From Scenedesmus sp. PABB004 (lineage: Eukaryota), in NCBI GenBank assembly GCA_014905635.1, contig JABVCE010000019.1, positions 62,001-126,000 of the forward strand: a DNA stretch of 64,000 bases. The letters run 5' to 3'. Shown here piece by piece: positions 28,161-42,353 of the stretch. Position 1 is the stretch's first letter. The number at the start of each line of letters is the position of its first letter. The translations under genes and the position numbers were made by a program. The notes below the pieces were generated by a model, which saw only the letters and a program-made list of their open reading frames with translations, ran no database searches and was not told the DNA's origin.

Positions 28161-31100
28161 TCAGCGCGCGTCGCCGCGCGGCGACGGCGGGCCGGCTGTG
28201 GCAGTGGGCAAGAGCTCGCCGCGGTTGTCGACCTCGTTGTAGGCCACCCAGTCGCCCGCGATCGGCGCGGCCACGAGCCAGGGCGGGATGCCAAACGCGG
28301 CCGCGAGGCCCTGCAGGTGCGGGCCCAGCTCCGCGACGAGGCGCCGCGCGTGGTCGGGCACGAGGCGCCCCACCTGCGCAGGCAGCAGCCGCAGTGGCGG
28401 CGGCGGCGGCGTGGGCGCGGAGTGCTTGAGCGCCGCACGCCGCACGCCGCGCCCGAGCCCCATGCGCCAGCGCCGCGCCGCGCCCGCGGCCGCACCCTGG
28501 GCGGCACGACCTCACTGGCCATGTACCAGGCCAGCTCGCGCTCCACGCACGACGCCGCAAACAGCCCCACGAGCGGCGCCAGCAGGTCGCGCAGCCCCGG
28601 CGCCGCGCCCAGCGCGTCGAGCGCGCGCAGGCAGGCCTCGAGCACCTCGCGCTCTGCGGCGGCGCGGCGCGGCGCGGCGCGGCGCGGGCGGCGGCTCAGC
28701 GCGGCGGCTCAGCGCGGCGGCTCAGCACGGCACACGCGCTCTCCGCGCCCGCCCCGCCCCCCAACCCCGAGGCCCCGCAAACACACACGCCCACACCGCC
28801 GCCACACACGCACCCGCGTAGGCCTGCGCCGCGCCCTGCACCAGGTCGCTCTCCCGCTTCATCCACGCGTCAAAGAAGCCCCCGGACGCCGCCGCGCCGC
28901 GCATCGCGCCCGACAGCGCGCGCAGCAGCCGCGCCTCGCGGACCTGCGCGGCGGCGGCGCGCGGCGCGCGGCGCGCTGCGTCAGGCGGAGGCGCGGCAGC
29001 GGGGGCGCGCGGCCGCTGCCGCCACGTGCCGCACACATGCCACACGCCGCACCTGCATCATGCGCCGCAGGACCTGCAGGTCCAGCTGCCCGCCGCCACT
29101 CGCGCCGCCGCCGCTGGCACCGCCGCCGGCACCGTGCAGCGCCGCGAGGTTGCCGGCGGCGAGCGGGCCAACGAACGCCTCGGCCGCGACGAGCCGCGCC
29201 GCGACGGGCTGCCAGGTCAGCATGCCGAGCAGCTCCTTGGCCACCTGCGACACGCGGCGCGGCGGAGGCGGGCCGCGGGCGCGCGTTGGTGGGCGGCGCG
29301 GCCTGGCAGCGCCTCGCTGTTGGGCTGGCGCTGCTGCGTGCGGCGCCCGCCGGCCGGCGCGGCGCCGGGCCGCCGCCGCCCGTTGGGTCTCTAAACCCCT
29401 AACCCCTAAACCCTGAACACTCGTGCGCGGACGGGCCACCTTTTGCATGAGCACCCGGTTGTCCCCCTCGGCCGTCATGCCCGCGTGCGCAAAGCCGAGC
29501 AGCTCGCCGAAGCGGTTCACGCTCAGGTAGCCCTGCCCGCCGCAGCGCTCGCTGCGGGGTTTAGGGCAGGGGCGGGGCGGCGGGGTTTAGCGGGCGCGGC
29601 GGGCGCGGCGGCAGGCGGGGCACGTCGACGCGCGCCGAGCGCCGGCCAGGCGCGGGCGGTGCGCGGCGCGAGGGGGTGGAAGTGCGCCACGCGGCGCGGC
29701 GCGGCGCGGCAGCGGCACCCGCCCCCCACCGGCCCACCGGCTGGTCGTGACGCAGTCCTCTGCGTTCCACGCGCACAGCGGCTTGATCGCGCAGCACAGC
29801 ACGACCACCTCCAGCCCCACCTGCGTGGCGCACCAGCGGCGGCGTGGGTCGGTCCGGCGCCGCGCCCCCTCCGCGCGCGGCGCCCGCCGGCGACGTCGCA
29901 GGCGGCACGGCGCGGCGCGGTGGGGCACGCACGGCCCCCGGCGCGCCTGGGGGCCGACGGGCTTGCCGTCAAAGCCGCTCGCGGCGGCCCAGCGGTCCTT
30001 GACGTAGTTGAGGCCCAGCTGGGGAGGCGAGGGGGCAGGGTTTGGGGTTGGGTTCAAGGTCAGCCCGGTGGCGGCGGCGGAGTTGGGTGTGCGCCTGCGC
30101 GTGCCGCCCCGCGCCGCCCGGCCGGCCCCACCCGCCCCAGCAGCGCGCGCCTGCAGCGCGACCGTGCGCGCGAGGAGGGGCGCGAGCGCGCGCTGCTGCA
30201 GCTGGTAGTCGAGGATGGGGGTGTCGCTGTGCCCGGTGGGGCCGACCGCGAGGCGGCTGCCCGCGTACCTGCGAGCGGGTGGGCGGGGCGGTCGGCGGGT
30301 GAGGTGGGTGGGGAGCTGAGAGGTGGGGAGGGGCGGGCAGCGCTGCGCCGGGGCGGCGCCGCCAGGGCCGCACCGCAGCGCAATCGTGAGGCTCAGCTTG
30401 GACACGCTCTGCGCGGCAGCGGTGGGCGCGCGCGGGTGCGGGCGCGGGGTCACGCGGCGCGGTGCGCGCGCCCGCCGCGCGGCGCGGCTCCCCCTGCCGC
30501 GGCCGGCCCCCGCGCGCCGCGGCCGCCGCCGCGCCTGCATCATGCTGGCGATGCAGATGCGGCCCGACAGCAGCTGGTCCGCGACCTGGCGGCGGCGGCG
30601 GGGGGAGCACGGGCGCGCGGCGCGGGCGTGGCGCGCGTGTGGGCGTGTGTGGTGGGCTTGTGTGTGGGCCCGGGCGCGGGGACGAGCCAGGCACGACACA
30701 TAAACACAAACACACATACACACACACACAAACACACACACACAAACCTTGAGGAAGCGGTCCCGGGGCTTGGGGATGGTGCTCGTGAACGTGCCGTCGG
30801 GCGCGACCTGCGCGCGGCGGGAGGGAGGGAGCGGGCGGGCGCGGCGCGGTCGGTGCGGCGGTCAGGCGACGCGCGGCGGCGGCGTCACGGCCGCCGGGGG
30901 CGGCCAAACGCAGCCGGCGCGAGCAGGCGAGAAAGAAAAGAACGCCTGCCAAGTCGCAGCGCGCGCCGCGCGCGCCGCGCCTGGCTCGCGGCGTCGAGCA
31001 GCGCCTCACGCGGCACGGCGTAATGGTGGAACGCGAGCTTGCCGTTGTCGACGCCGTTGCAGCCCATCTTGTGGCCCATGTCCTCGATGCTCACGCCGGG

Positions 31101-31959
31101 GCAGGGCGCCATGGTCTCGGGCGTGCGGATGCTGCGCGGCCGCGGCGCGCCGCCGCGGCGGCGGCGGGTGCGGGGCTCGGCAGCGGAGCGCGGCCGGCGG
31201 GGAGCGCGCACGCAGCTCCCTCCCCCCGCTCCCGCCCCTGGCTGGACTCTCAGAGCGGGTTCAGAGGCGGGCCCGCTGAACCCCTGAGCCCTAAACCCTG
31301 CCCCCGCGCACCGCACGAGGAAGCCGTGGATGCCGTGGTTGGTGCCGGCGATGAGCGTCTGCGCAAACACGACCGCCCACTGCGCGTGCACTGCGCTGTT
31401 GGTGATCCAGTACCTGCACGTGTGTGTAATGATGTGTGTGTGGTGTGTGTGGTGGTGTGTGTGGTGGTGTGTGTGGGTTGGGAACGGGATGGTCGCGGCG
31501 GCGGCTGCGCGGCGGCGGAGCGACGCGCGCGCGCAGGCGGGCGGCGCCGCGGGCCGCCCGGCGCGGCGGCGGCGGCGCGCACTTGTGGCTGAGCGTCGTG
31601 GGCGAGTGGATGACGAAGCAGCGCCGCGGCGCGTCCCACGTCGCAGTCGTCTGCGCGGCGCGCGCGCGCGGGCGGCGCGGGCGCGGGCGGCGGCGCGTCG
31701 GAAGGACGGCGCCGGCGCCCGCCCAGGGGCCACGCCGCGCTCGGCGGCCGTCGCGGCCGCAGCAGCGCAGCGGCAGCGCCGGCGCCGGCAGAACAGGGAA
31801 AACGAGCACGCGCCTGCATCTCGACCGCGTTGTTGCCAAAGCCGAGCTCGGTGAGCGCGAAGCAGCCGACCGCGTCCATCGTGTCAATGCCGCGCAGCAG
31901 GCCGTCGTGGTGCCGCGCGGTGCCGAGCTTCAGCACCGTGCCGCCTGCGCGGCGCGCGC

Positions 31960-32011
<52 letters not shown>

Positions 32012-32961
32012 GGCGCTCGGGAGGGCCGCGCCACGCCCCTGCCCGCAGGCGGCCTCCCCTCCCCTCCCGCACAGGAGGCCCGCTGCCGCCGCCGCGCCCT
32101 CTGCCGCGCGCCGCGCGCGCCGCGACGCGCACCGAAGAGGTTGAACTGCACCGTGGCCTTGGTCGCCATGGAGGGGTCGACCATCGCGAGCACCTCGTGC
32201 GCGGCAAAGATCTTGAGCGGCGACAGCCTGCGCGGCGCGGCGCGGCGCTTCCAGGTCGCGGCGCGCGGCGCCTGCAGGAGGACGGCGGCGCTGCAGGACG
32301 GCGGCGCGCCGCGCGGTCCCGCAGGGTGGCGCGCACCGAAAGTCGGTGACCGAGACGAAGCCGGCGCGGCAAAACTTGGTGAGCCGCTGCAGCGCGAGCT
32401 CGCGGCTGTCGCGCAGGTCCATGTCGTAGCTGCGTGCCGCGGCGGCGGCGGCGGCGAGTGAGCGGCGCGCGCGGCCCGAGCGCGCGGCGCGGAGAGCAAC
32501 AGCAGCACCGCTGAGCTGGCGCGGGCGCGCGGGTCGCCGCCGGGCCGCACCGCGGAACGTAGAGCTCGTCCTTGAAAAAGTCCTTCATGCGCGCCCGCAG
32601 CTGCACCGGCGGCAGGCGCGCCCGCGGCGGGCGGCGGAGAGCGGAGAGCAGCGGCGTCGGCGGCCGCCGCGCCGCGGCGCCTGCAGCACCACCCGCGACA
32701 GGCCCGTCGATGCGGGACTGCCGCTCCCGGCCGTGATCGAGGTCCCGGAGCCGCGCCCGGGCCGCCAGGGCGGCGCGCCAGCTCGGCACGGTGCCCCGCC
32801 CCCACGCTCGCCCGGGCGGCCCCGCCCGCCGGCCGGCGCCGCACCTCGTGGTTATCGTGGTCCAGCAGCCGCTGCAGCGCCGCGATGTCCGGGCGGCTCC
32901 CGCCGTGCCCCCGCCCCAGGACGTGCCCCTCCACCACCGCGAGCCGTCGCTGCGCGTCCAT
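28161..32961 (-). CDS. ACX: Peroxisomal acyl-CoA oxidase with a PTS2-like N-terminus
   Basis: N-terminus MDAQRRLAVVEGHV (PTS2-like RLx5H), then GCFALTELGFGNN, KYWI, DMGHKMGCNGVDNG, ILDYQLQQR, RERCGGQGY and TAEGDNRVLMQK. Many exons, five GC donors. Confidence 0.95.
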
Positions 32962-33700
32962 GGTGCGTGCGTGGTGCGCCTGCCGATCGGAGCTCGCGGG
33001 CGGGAGTGGGCGGCGGCGGCGCCACGCGCGCGGGCGTGGGGCAGCGGCGCGGCGCGACGCGGCGGCGCAACGGCGGCTGGTGAGGCGGCTGTTGGCTGCT
33101 GAGGCTGAGGCTGGCTGGGCACGCTGCCGGCGCCAGGCAGCTGCACGCTGCACAGGCGCGGCGCGGGTCGCGGGTCCGCCTCGCGCGAGGTTACTCTCAG
33201 ACAGCTGGGCAGCCAGGCAAGAGAGAAAAAAAGGAAATCCACGCCTCACGTCTCAGCGTAACTCAGCCCAACAGCTGCAATGGATCGGCCGACCGCACGG
33301 GCGGGGGGCGCGAATCGCGGCGCCCCTCGCACCTCGTCTGCCCCCCGTTTCCCCCACTTTACTCTGCCTGCGGGCGACCCGTGGGGCTTCTGCAGCGCCG
33401 CGTGCCGCCGACCACACCACAACACCAAGTGCGCGCCCGTCGTCGCCATCAAATTCGCGCGTCCCCTCTTGCAGGGGCGCGGGGTGGTGCTGCACACAGC
33501 GGGCGCCGCGGCCTCGCGGCCGGGCGGCCCGTCGCTCAAAGGGTTCCCGCACACGCGCACACGCGCGCACCATGGGGCGCCCCGCCGCCGCCGGCCGGCG
33601 CTGGGGCGGCCGGCCGGCGGCGGCCGTGCTCGCCACGCGCGCGTGCGCGCGCGCGGCTGCGGGCTGCGGGGCGCTGCGCGGCGGTCGTCGCGCAAGCCGC

Positions 33701-34257
33701 TCAGTTGGCCGGCACGGGCATGTCGTGCCAGTTGAGCACCGACGGCTGCGCCATGAGCGTGGACACCGCGGTGCGGCTGTCCTTGTCGGCGTGGAGCTGG
33801 TCCTTGATCTCCCAGATGGTCGCCGCCGCGGCAAACGCGGGCGCCGCCGCGGCGGTCGCGACTACGCGGCCGCCGGCGCGCGCGGTGCCTGCGCAAGAAG
33901 AGGCAGGGCGCGGGCGTGAGGGGGGTGGCCGGACGCGGCGGACGCGGCGCTCGGAGCTGCGATCGGGGCTGCCCCGGCGCCGGAGGGCGCCGCGCGGCAT
34001 CGAGCCCGCGCACCCGCCCCGGCCGGCGCGCCCGGGTCGCCCGCAGGCCCGGGCGCGCGCCCTGGCGCTGCGCGCGGCACAGGAGTAGCCACCGCGCCGG
34101 CGCTGGCGGCAGACCGCGCCGCGCCTCGCTCCCGGCAGCTGCCCGCACCTGCGACGCCCCCGAGCAGGCGCATGAGGAGCTCCGTGATGAACCCCGCCAG
34201 CGCCACGACGGTGTAGAGGGGCAGGCTGGCGGCGCTCTTGGGCGCGGCGGGCGACAT
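33701..34257 (-). CDS. Small two-exon hypothetical protein with a hydrophobic N-terminal segment
   Basis: MSPAAPKSAASLPLYTVVALAGFITELLMRLLGG spliced (about 34148-33889) to ...TIWEIKDQLHADKDSRTAVSTLMAQPSVLNWHDMPVPAN*. Confidence 0.55.
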
Positions 34258-34379
34258 GGTGGCGGGCGGGCGCGTGCGAGCCGCGCGGGGACGTGTGCTG
34301 CGTGGGCGCGCTGCGAGTCTGGAGCGGCGTGGGTTGAGTGCTGGTCGAAATGATCGGGGCGACGGGCGGCAGCGGGCGG

Positions 34380-34406
34380 CTTATAGCCATCTGGCGCCCT
34401 TATAAG
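34380..34406. promoter_or_regulatory. TATA-like boxes in a divergent promoter
   Basis: CTTATAG and palindromic TTATAA in an otherwise GC-rich 370-bp gap between divergently transcribed genes. Confidence 0.4.
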
Positions 34407-34627
34407 CCGGACCTGTGACATCGACGCGTCACATCAAAGCGTTTTTGTTCAGCTTGTTCCCTGCCGCTGCCGCGATCCTGCTCCAGGCCCGCCCAAACGA
34501 CCCCGGAAGCGCTGCGTGGGCGCCCCGCGCGACGCCCAGCAGCGGCAGCAGCGGCAGCAGCAGCAGACGCCCACCTCTCTCACCCAGGCGCCCTGCTGCG
34601 GCCATCTCGCGTGCCCGGGGTGACCCC

Positions 34628-35173
34628 ATGGACGTCGCCATGGCGGAGGCGGCGCCGCTGCCGCCCGGCGCCGGCGCGCCGCCCGGAGCAGCGGCGGCAG
34701 CGGCGCCAGCGCAGCAGCGCGGCCCGCCCAGCCTGCCGCCGCTGCCGCAGCCGCAGCAGCCGCACGAGGGCGCCGAGGGCGAGCCGGCCAAAAAGGTGGG
34801 GCGCGCGCCCGCGCCCCGTGCGGGCGCCGCGTGCGCAGCCGCTGCTAGCAGCGCCCGCGCCAACCGCCGCGCCTGCTCCGCAGCGCAAGCGGCGCAAGAA
34901 GGCCGCCGCCGACCTCAACGTCGCGCTCTACATCAAGCAGCAGCAGCAGCGCGGCTCCACGCGCAAGTGGCGGCAGCAGTGGTGCGCGCGGACGGCGGGC
35001 GGGACGGGCCGCGCAGTTCGCAGCGCGCAGCGGCGGCCGCGTCCCGCTGCCTGCCGTCGCCAACGCCCCGCGCGCGGCGCCGCCGCCGGCCGGCAGGGTG
35101 AACGTGCGCACGATTGTGGGCGGCGGAGAGATCAAAATCCTGAAATGGGTCACGGGTGCGGCGCCGGCCGCGC

Positions 35174-35207
<34 letters not shown>

Positions 35208-35531
35208 GGCAGCTGCTCGCCTGCCGTCGCACACACACCACGCGCCCGCCTCGCGCACGCCCACCGCGCCGCCGCCGCGCGCCGGCCGCGCAGACACGCC
35301 GCCCGCGGCGCCCGCGACGGCGCAGCAGTCGGGCGTCGGGTCCTTTGCCGACTTTGCGCTGAGCGCGGGCAAGCGCGCCGCCGCCAAGGCCGCCGAGCGC
35401 GACGCCGCCGGCGGCGGCGGCCGGGCGGACGGCCGGCAGCAGGACGGCGCCGGCGCCGGCGCTGGCGCCGGCGCGCTCGCGCGGCAGGGCTCGGCTGCGT
35501 CGTTCGCGCCGCGTGGCGGCGGCGGCGGCGC

Positions 35532-35563
<32 letters not shown>

Positions 35564-36624
35564 CGCGCGTGCCGCTGACCGCGAGCGAGCTGGCGAGCTA
35601 CTCTGCCGCCGCCGCGGCGGCGCTGCCGGTCGACGTGCTGCCGGGGCAGCCGCCGCCCGCGGCCGGCGGCGCGGCCGGCGGCGCGGCGGGCGGCGCGTCG
35701 GCCGCGGCCGCGCCGGTGGACATCCCCTCGCTCGCCGCGTCGATCGCCGCCGCGGTCGCCGCGGAGGCCGGCGCCGCCGGCGCCAGCGGCGGCGGCGGCG
35801 GCGGCGGGGGCAAGAAGAAGAGCAAGGCCGGCGTCGACGGCGGCCCGGGGGCGGCCGCCGCGGCGGCGAGCACCGCGGCGGCAGCGGCGGCGGCGATCGT
35901 GATCGGGCCGCCCGGCGCGGAGCGCTACGGCTGCCCCACGTGCGGGCGCGACTTTGGGAGCGTCGCGTCGCTGCGCAAGCACATGCACACGCACGTCGCC
36001 AAGAGCTTTTGCTGCACCTTCCCGGGTGCGCGGTCGCACGAGCGGGGCGGGCGGGCGGGGCCGCGCCGCGCCGCGCCGCGCCGCGCCGCGCCGCGCCGTG
36101 CGCCGGCGGGCCTGGGGGTCGGGAGCGCGGGGCTCGTGCTCAACGTCGCGCCGCGCCGCGTGCGCAGGCTGCTCAAAGAGCTTTGCCGACGCCGCCGCGC
36201 TCGAGCGCCACGCCGCCAAGCACACGAGCTGCCAGGACATCAAGTGCGAGGCGTGCGGCAAGGTGCGGGCGCTCGCTGCGCCGCGGCGCGCGGGCGCTCG
36301 CTGCTGCGGCGGCGCGCCCGGCCTGGCTTGCCCGCGCCCAGGCCCACGCGCCCGCTGTGCGACTGCCTCCCCGCCGCCGCGTGCTTGCCACAGTGCTTCT
36401 TCACCATTTTCAACCTGCGCCACCACTGGAAGTCGCTGCACCGCGACATGCCCATGCCTGCCAGCCTGCTGCCAAAGGGCGCCGCCGGGGCTGGCGGCGG
36501 CGGCGGCGGCGCGGGCAGCGCGGGGAGCGCCGCGCCCGCGCCGTCGGCCGCAGCGGCGACCGTGGCGCCGCCGCCGCCGGCCGCCGGCGCGGGGTTCGGG
36601 TCCGCGTTCGGCGGCGGCGCGTGA
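34628..36624 (+). CDS. YY1: Plant YY1-like C2H2 zinc-finger transcription factor
   Basis: KWRQQWV...GGGEIKILKWVT resembles the plant YY1 N-terminal motif. Three C2H2 fingers: CPTC...HMHTH, CTFPGC...HAAKH and CEAC...HWKSLH. Confidence 0.75.
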
Positions 36625-37179
36625 GTGGCGGGTGCGGCGGTTGTGCGGGCGCAAGTGAACGCGCCGCGAGCCCGAGGTCCCGTTGCCCCCACACGTCGCT
36701 CAGCGGTCATGCGTGCCGGCTGGCCCGCCAGGCCGCGCGGAAGCAGCACCAGCGAGCAGGACGTGGGAGCAGCAGCAGCAGCTCAGGTGCTTGTTCTCGA
36801 CCCCCGCAGGGCGCCTGGGCCGCGAGCGGGCATGGCGGGCGACCCGGGCCGCCGTCCGTCGTGATGAGGCCGCGATGGGGGGCGGCGAGCGGCGAGCAGG
36901 TGGGCCGAGGGGAGTTGGCCCGGGAGCAGCAGCTGCTCGCTCGAGCGCCCACCAGGGCCCGTCAGGGCCAGCGGCAGCGCTCCCGGTCATCAGGCTCGCT
37001 CCACCAGCCCGATCGACCCTGCAGCGGAGCCGGGCACGCAGCCCGGCGCGGGCGGCGCGCGGCGCCGCTCCGCAGCTGCTGCCGCCGCCCACGCACGCCG
37101 GGCTGCGCCGGCGGCGCCGCAGGCCGCGGGGACCTACGGCCCGGCCGGCTCTGACCAACAGCAGGCGGGCGCCTTCCCG

Positions 37180-40100
37180 ATGCGCCGCGCCGCGCCGCGC
37201 GGCCGCGCTGGCGCCGGCGGCGGCAGCGAGCCGGGCGGCGGCGCCGGCGAGCCCGACGGCGACGCCAAGCGCGGCGGCGGCGGCGCCGCCGCCGGCTTTG
37301 GCGGCTACGCCAAGGCCGACCTCACGCAGAGCACGGTCAACCTCGTGACGTGCGTGCTCGGCGCGGGCGCGCTCGGCTACCCCTTTTGCTTCAAGGCGCG
37401 GCCGCAGCGCTCGAGCGGCGGCGCTCGAGCGGCGGCAGCCGCGCGCTGCGCAGCGCGCCGCGCCCCGCACACGGGGGGGGGGGGGCAGCAGCCCCGGCGC
37501 GCCGCGCGCGCCCCGCCGCGCACATGACAAAGTTCAAGCGTCAAGTCAAGCTCGCGCCGCGCGCGCTCGCAGGAGTGCGGCCTCGTGCTCGCGACGGTCA
37601 TCATGCTCGGCACGCTCCTCGCGACGCGCGTGTCGTACGCGCTGCTGCTGCACGCGGGGCAGCTCTGCGGGCGGGGCACGTACGAGGGCGTCGCAGAGGC
37701 GGCGCTCGGGCGGCGCGGGCGGCGGCTCGTGGAGCTCTGCATCGCGGCGATGAACCTCGGCGCCCTCGTGGCGTTCCTTGACATCCTCGCTGACGTCCTC
37801 TCCGCCGTCGCGGGGACCATCATCCCGCCCGGCGCCGAGCCGAGCCGGCACGGCTACATCGTCGGCGTGACGCTCGCGGGCGCGCTGCCGGTGTGCCTGC
37901 TCGTGCGCGACCACGGGCTCATCGCCGCGCTGAGCAACGCGAGCGTCGTGTTCGTCGTCATTTTTGCGGCCGTGGTCTTCGCGACCGCGTTTGCGCCCTA
38001 CGCCGCCGCCGCGCTCGGCCTGCGCGGCGCGGCGTGGGGCGCCGCCGCCGGCGGCGCCGGCGCGGCGGCGTCCGCGGCCGCCGCGGCCGCGGCGGGCCCG
38101 CCCGTGCTGCACATGTGGCACGCGCGCGGCGTGCTCGTGAGCCTGCCGGTCATGGCCTACGGTTTCACCGCGCACCAGTGAGCTGCGGCGCGGCGGCGCG
38201 GGGGCGCGGGGGCGAGCGGGCGGCTGGCGCGCCCCCTTGACCCTAAACCCTGCCTCCCACGCCCTAAGCCCTAAACCCTGCCCCGTCCAGGTACTACATG
38301 GGCATCTACGCCATGCTCAAGGCACCGAGCGTGCGCAAGGTGCGCGCGGGGCGCGGCGCGGCCGCCGCCCGCAGGCCCCCTCGTCCGGCGCGCCCGCGCC
38401 CACTCCCACACACAAGCACGACTGAAACTCGCACTCGCACTCGCACTCGCACTCGCACTCGCACTCGCACTCGCATGCCCAAACTCAAACTCCGCACCGC
38501 CAGATGAAGCTCGTGACCGACATGGCGCTGCTCGCGTGCGCGGGCGTGTACTGGACGGTCGGCGTGGGCGGCTACGCCGCGTTTGGCGAGCGCACGGCGG
38601 GCGACATCATCCGCAACCTCGGCGGCCCGCGCAGCCAGGCGCGAGACCACGCGCGCGCGCGCGCGCCGCGGCCGTGGCGGCGCTGGCTCGCGCGCCAGCC
38701 GGCGCGAGCGGCGTCCCGCCCGGGTCCGCCGCGGGGCACGGCACGGCTCGGCTCAGCCGCCGCCGGCGCGCCCCCGCGCGCCGCGCGCAGGGCCTGCTGG
38801 GCGCGTACGCGCGTGCGCTCAAGCTCTGCTACGGCATGGCCGTGCTGGGCAACATACCGCTCGTCATCATGCCGTTCTATGCGATACTCAAGCCCCTGCT
38901 CCCAGGCGACGAGGCGACGCTGCGCGCGCGGCTGCGCGCCCGCGCCGCGGGCGTCGCCGGCGCGTGCGCCGCCGCGGGCGCGGGAGGCGCGCGCGGCGGC
39001 GGCTGCGCCGGCGCGGCGCGGCCGTGGCCCGCAGCGGCGGCGGCGGGTGCGGCGGGCGCTGTCGCGCCGGGCGGCGGCGGCGGCGGCGGCAAGCTCAAGA
39101 CGAGCGGCGCCGGCGAGGGCCGCGGCGGTGCCGGTCCGGACGACGACGACGCACTTGAGTCGCAGCCGCTGCTCGGCGCCGGCGCCGGCGGCGCGCTGTC
39201 GGCGCCGGAGCCGCAGCCGCCACCGCAGCACGACGCGCCGCGCGGCGCCGCCGGCGCGCCGCTGCTCGACCCGCACCTCGCGACGCAGCAGGCGTCGCTC
39301 ACGCTGACGCCGCTGCAGCACTGCCTCGTCGTCGCCGCCGTGCTCGGCGCCGGCCTCGGCAGCGCGGTGTGGCTGCCCAACGTCGAGCTCATCTTTGGCC
39401 TGACGGGGTCAACAGCGTCGGTGCTGGTGGCCTTCATACTCCCCGCCCTCTGCTTCATCCGGCTCTATGAAGCCGCGCCCGAGTTCGGCGGCGGTGCGGC
39501 GGCGGCGGCGGCGGCGGGCACAGGGTTTAGCGCGGCGCGGCGCGGGGGGGGGGGGGGGGGGGGGGGGGGGCGGCACGCGTGCAGACAGCCCACGCCCGCT
39601 TGCGCGCGCAGGCGGCGGCCCGCGCGGCGTGTTCGGCGGGCTCGCGTTCCTCGCCTGCTGCTGCTGCGACGGCGTCGCGGCGATCGTCGCGGCCGCGCTG
39701 CGCCCCGCCGGCGGCGCCGGCCGCGCGCCCGCCAAGCCCCCCGGCGCGCCGGGCGGCTCGCCGGCCAAGCCGGGGCAGCTGCTCGTCGTGCCGGAGCTGC
39801 GCGCGCGCTGGGCGTGCCGGCACCGGCTCGCGGTGGGGCTGCTCGTCTTTGGCATCGTCAGCGGGCTGCTCTGCACCGACGCCATACTCAGCAGCATCAG
39901 CGAGGAGAAGGCGGTCGTGCAGCTCGCGCAGGAGCTGGTCGCGCGCGAGGCGGTGGTCGCCGAGGCGAGCCGCGCGCAGCAAAAGGCGGTGGAGGCGGCC
40001 GCCGCGGTTGACGCCGTCTCGACCGCCGCCGTGCAGCTCGGCGGCGCGAGCAGCGCGACCAACGCGACGCTCGGCGCGCTCGCGGCCGCGGCGGCCGCGC

Positions 40101-42279
40101 TGCGCGGCATCCGCAACGCCAGCGCGCCGGGCGGCCGCCGCGACGGCGCCGGCGGCGGCCCGCACCACGTGTGGGACCTCAAGGGCCGCCTCGAGGAGCG
40201 CAAGGCCAAGCTCGCGGAGGAGGGCGTGCTGCGCAACGTCGAGGCTGCGCTCTCCGCCGCGGCGGCCGACATCGCCGGCACGCAGGCCGGCGTGTCGGCG
40301 GTCGTCGCCAAGCTCGACGCCTCGATCACGCAGATCAAGGCCGACGCCGCGGCGGCCGCGGCGGCGCCGCCGCCGCCGGCGGCCGGCGCCGCGCCGCGCG
40401 CCGCGGCCGCCGCCGCGCCCGACGGCAGCGTCGCCGCGCTCCCCGCGGCCGCGGCGGGCAGCTCCCACATCGTGCCGCGCGGCGGACCGGGCGGCGCCGG
40501 CGGGGCGACGCCGCCGGTGGCGCCGGCGACGGCGGCGCCGCGCCGGGCGATGCCGCGCCCGGCGGCGACGCGGCGCCCGCGGCCGCCGCTGCCGCCGCCG
40601 CCGCGCCCGGCGGCCGCCTGGCGCGCGAGCGCGCCGAGGAGATGGCGCGCGAGCTGGGCCGCGCGCTCGGCGCGTTCAGCAGCGCCGCGGGCGGCCCCGA
40701 CGGCGCGGCGGGCAGCGCGAGCGCGGGCAAGTCGCTGGAGCAGGTGCGCAACGCGGCGCGCCGGCGGGCTGGGGCGGGGCGGGGCCGCCGCGCCGCGCGT
40801 GCGCCGCCCCGCGGCCGGGCGGAGCGCCCGCCGACGCTCACCGCCCGCCCCCGCCCCCGCGGCCGCCTCGCAGGTGCGTGACAGCGCCGTCGCGGCGCTG
40901 ACGGCGCTGAACGTCACCGCCGGCGTTATGGCCCAAGTCCGGGAGGCGGTCGGCGCGGCGCGGCGCAGCGGCCCCGACAAGCGCAACGACGCAGAGGTGC
41001 GGCGCGCGCGGGCGGGGGCGCGGCGGGGGAGGCGCCGCTCAAGCGGAGACTCCGCCGCGCGCGCGCTGCGCCGCGCGCGCTGCGCCGCCCACGCCCGAAC
41101 CACGCCGCGCCGCGTCGCGCCGCCGCAGGTGCGCGAGCTCGCCGTCGCGGCGATGCACCGCGCGCTGAGCGCGACCGCCGCGTCGGCGCTGGCGATGAAG
41201 ATCACAGAGGACGCCCTATCCGCGGCGGCGAGCGAGGAGACGAGCGAGCTGCTGACCGCGCTCACGCGCGTCGCGCAAGACCTGGAGCGCTCCGCGGCCA
41301 AGGGCGGCGCCGGGCGCCGCGGCGCCGCGGCGGGCGAGGCCGGCGCCGGCGCCGGCAACGCGGCGGCATCGGCGGCGCCAGCGGCGGTGGCGAGCCCTGC
41401 GGCTGCCGCTGGCGCTGGCGCTGGCGCTGCTGCAAAGGCAGGCCCGCAGGCGGCGCTGCCTGGCCACCCCACGCGCGAGGAGAGCGAGGCGGCTGCGACG
41501 GCAGCGGCCAACGTGGCCGCGCACGCAGACTCAGCGACCCTGCAGCCCGAGGCGGAGCAGCTGCAGCAGCAGCAGGCGGGGGCGACCGCAGGCGCGCACG
41601 CTGCCGGAGACGGCGCAAGCGCCGGTGGGGCCGCGGCGCATGCTGCGGCCGGTGCTGGCGCGGCGGACGGCGCTGCACCGGACTCTGGTGGCGCTGCGGA
41701 TCTGCCGGCTGCTGCAGCCGCGCACGTCCAGGCCGCGCCGCCCGCGCCGCCAGCGGGCGCGGCGCGGCCGCCCGGCCGCGCCCCCGCGCCCGACGCGGAG
41801 GAGGCCCCTGCCGCGCCGCCCGCGCCGCCCGCGCCCGCCGCGCCGGCCGACGCGGCCGACGCGGCCGCCGCGGCCGCGGCGCTGAGCGCGAGCGAGGCGG
41901 CCAAGGTCCGGGCCGTGATCCTGCACCTCGCAGCGGTGCTCTCGGCGCCGGGGGGCGCCGGCAACGCGACCCTCCCCGCGGGCGGCGCCGCCGGCGCGAG
42001 CCCCGCGCCCGGCGCCGGCGGCAACATCGCGGAGCTCGCTGCCGCGATCCAGGACGCGGTCGCGTGGAGCCGCGACTCCAAGGCCGCGGTGCTGCGCCTG
42101 ATCGCGTCGGACCTGGGCAAGAGCCAGCCCAAGGTCGCGGAGCGCGTGCTGGGCATCGTGGCGGACATCGGCACGACCGAGGGCGCCGCGCAGGCGCAGC
42201 GCCGCGCCGCGGGCGGCGCGGAGCGCGGCGGCGGCGACGCGGCGGCGGGCGCGGCCGCGACCGCGGCCGGGGCGCAGCC

Positions 42280-42353
<74 letters not shown>

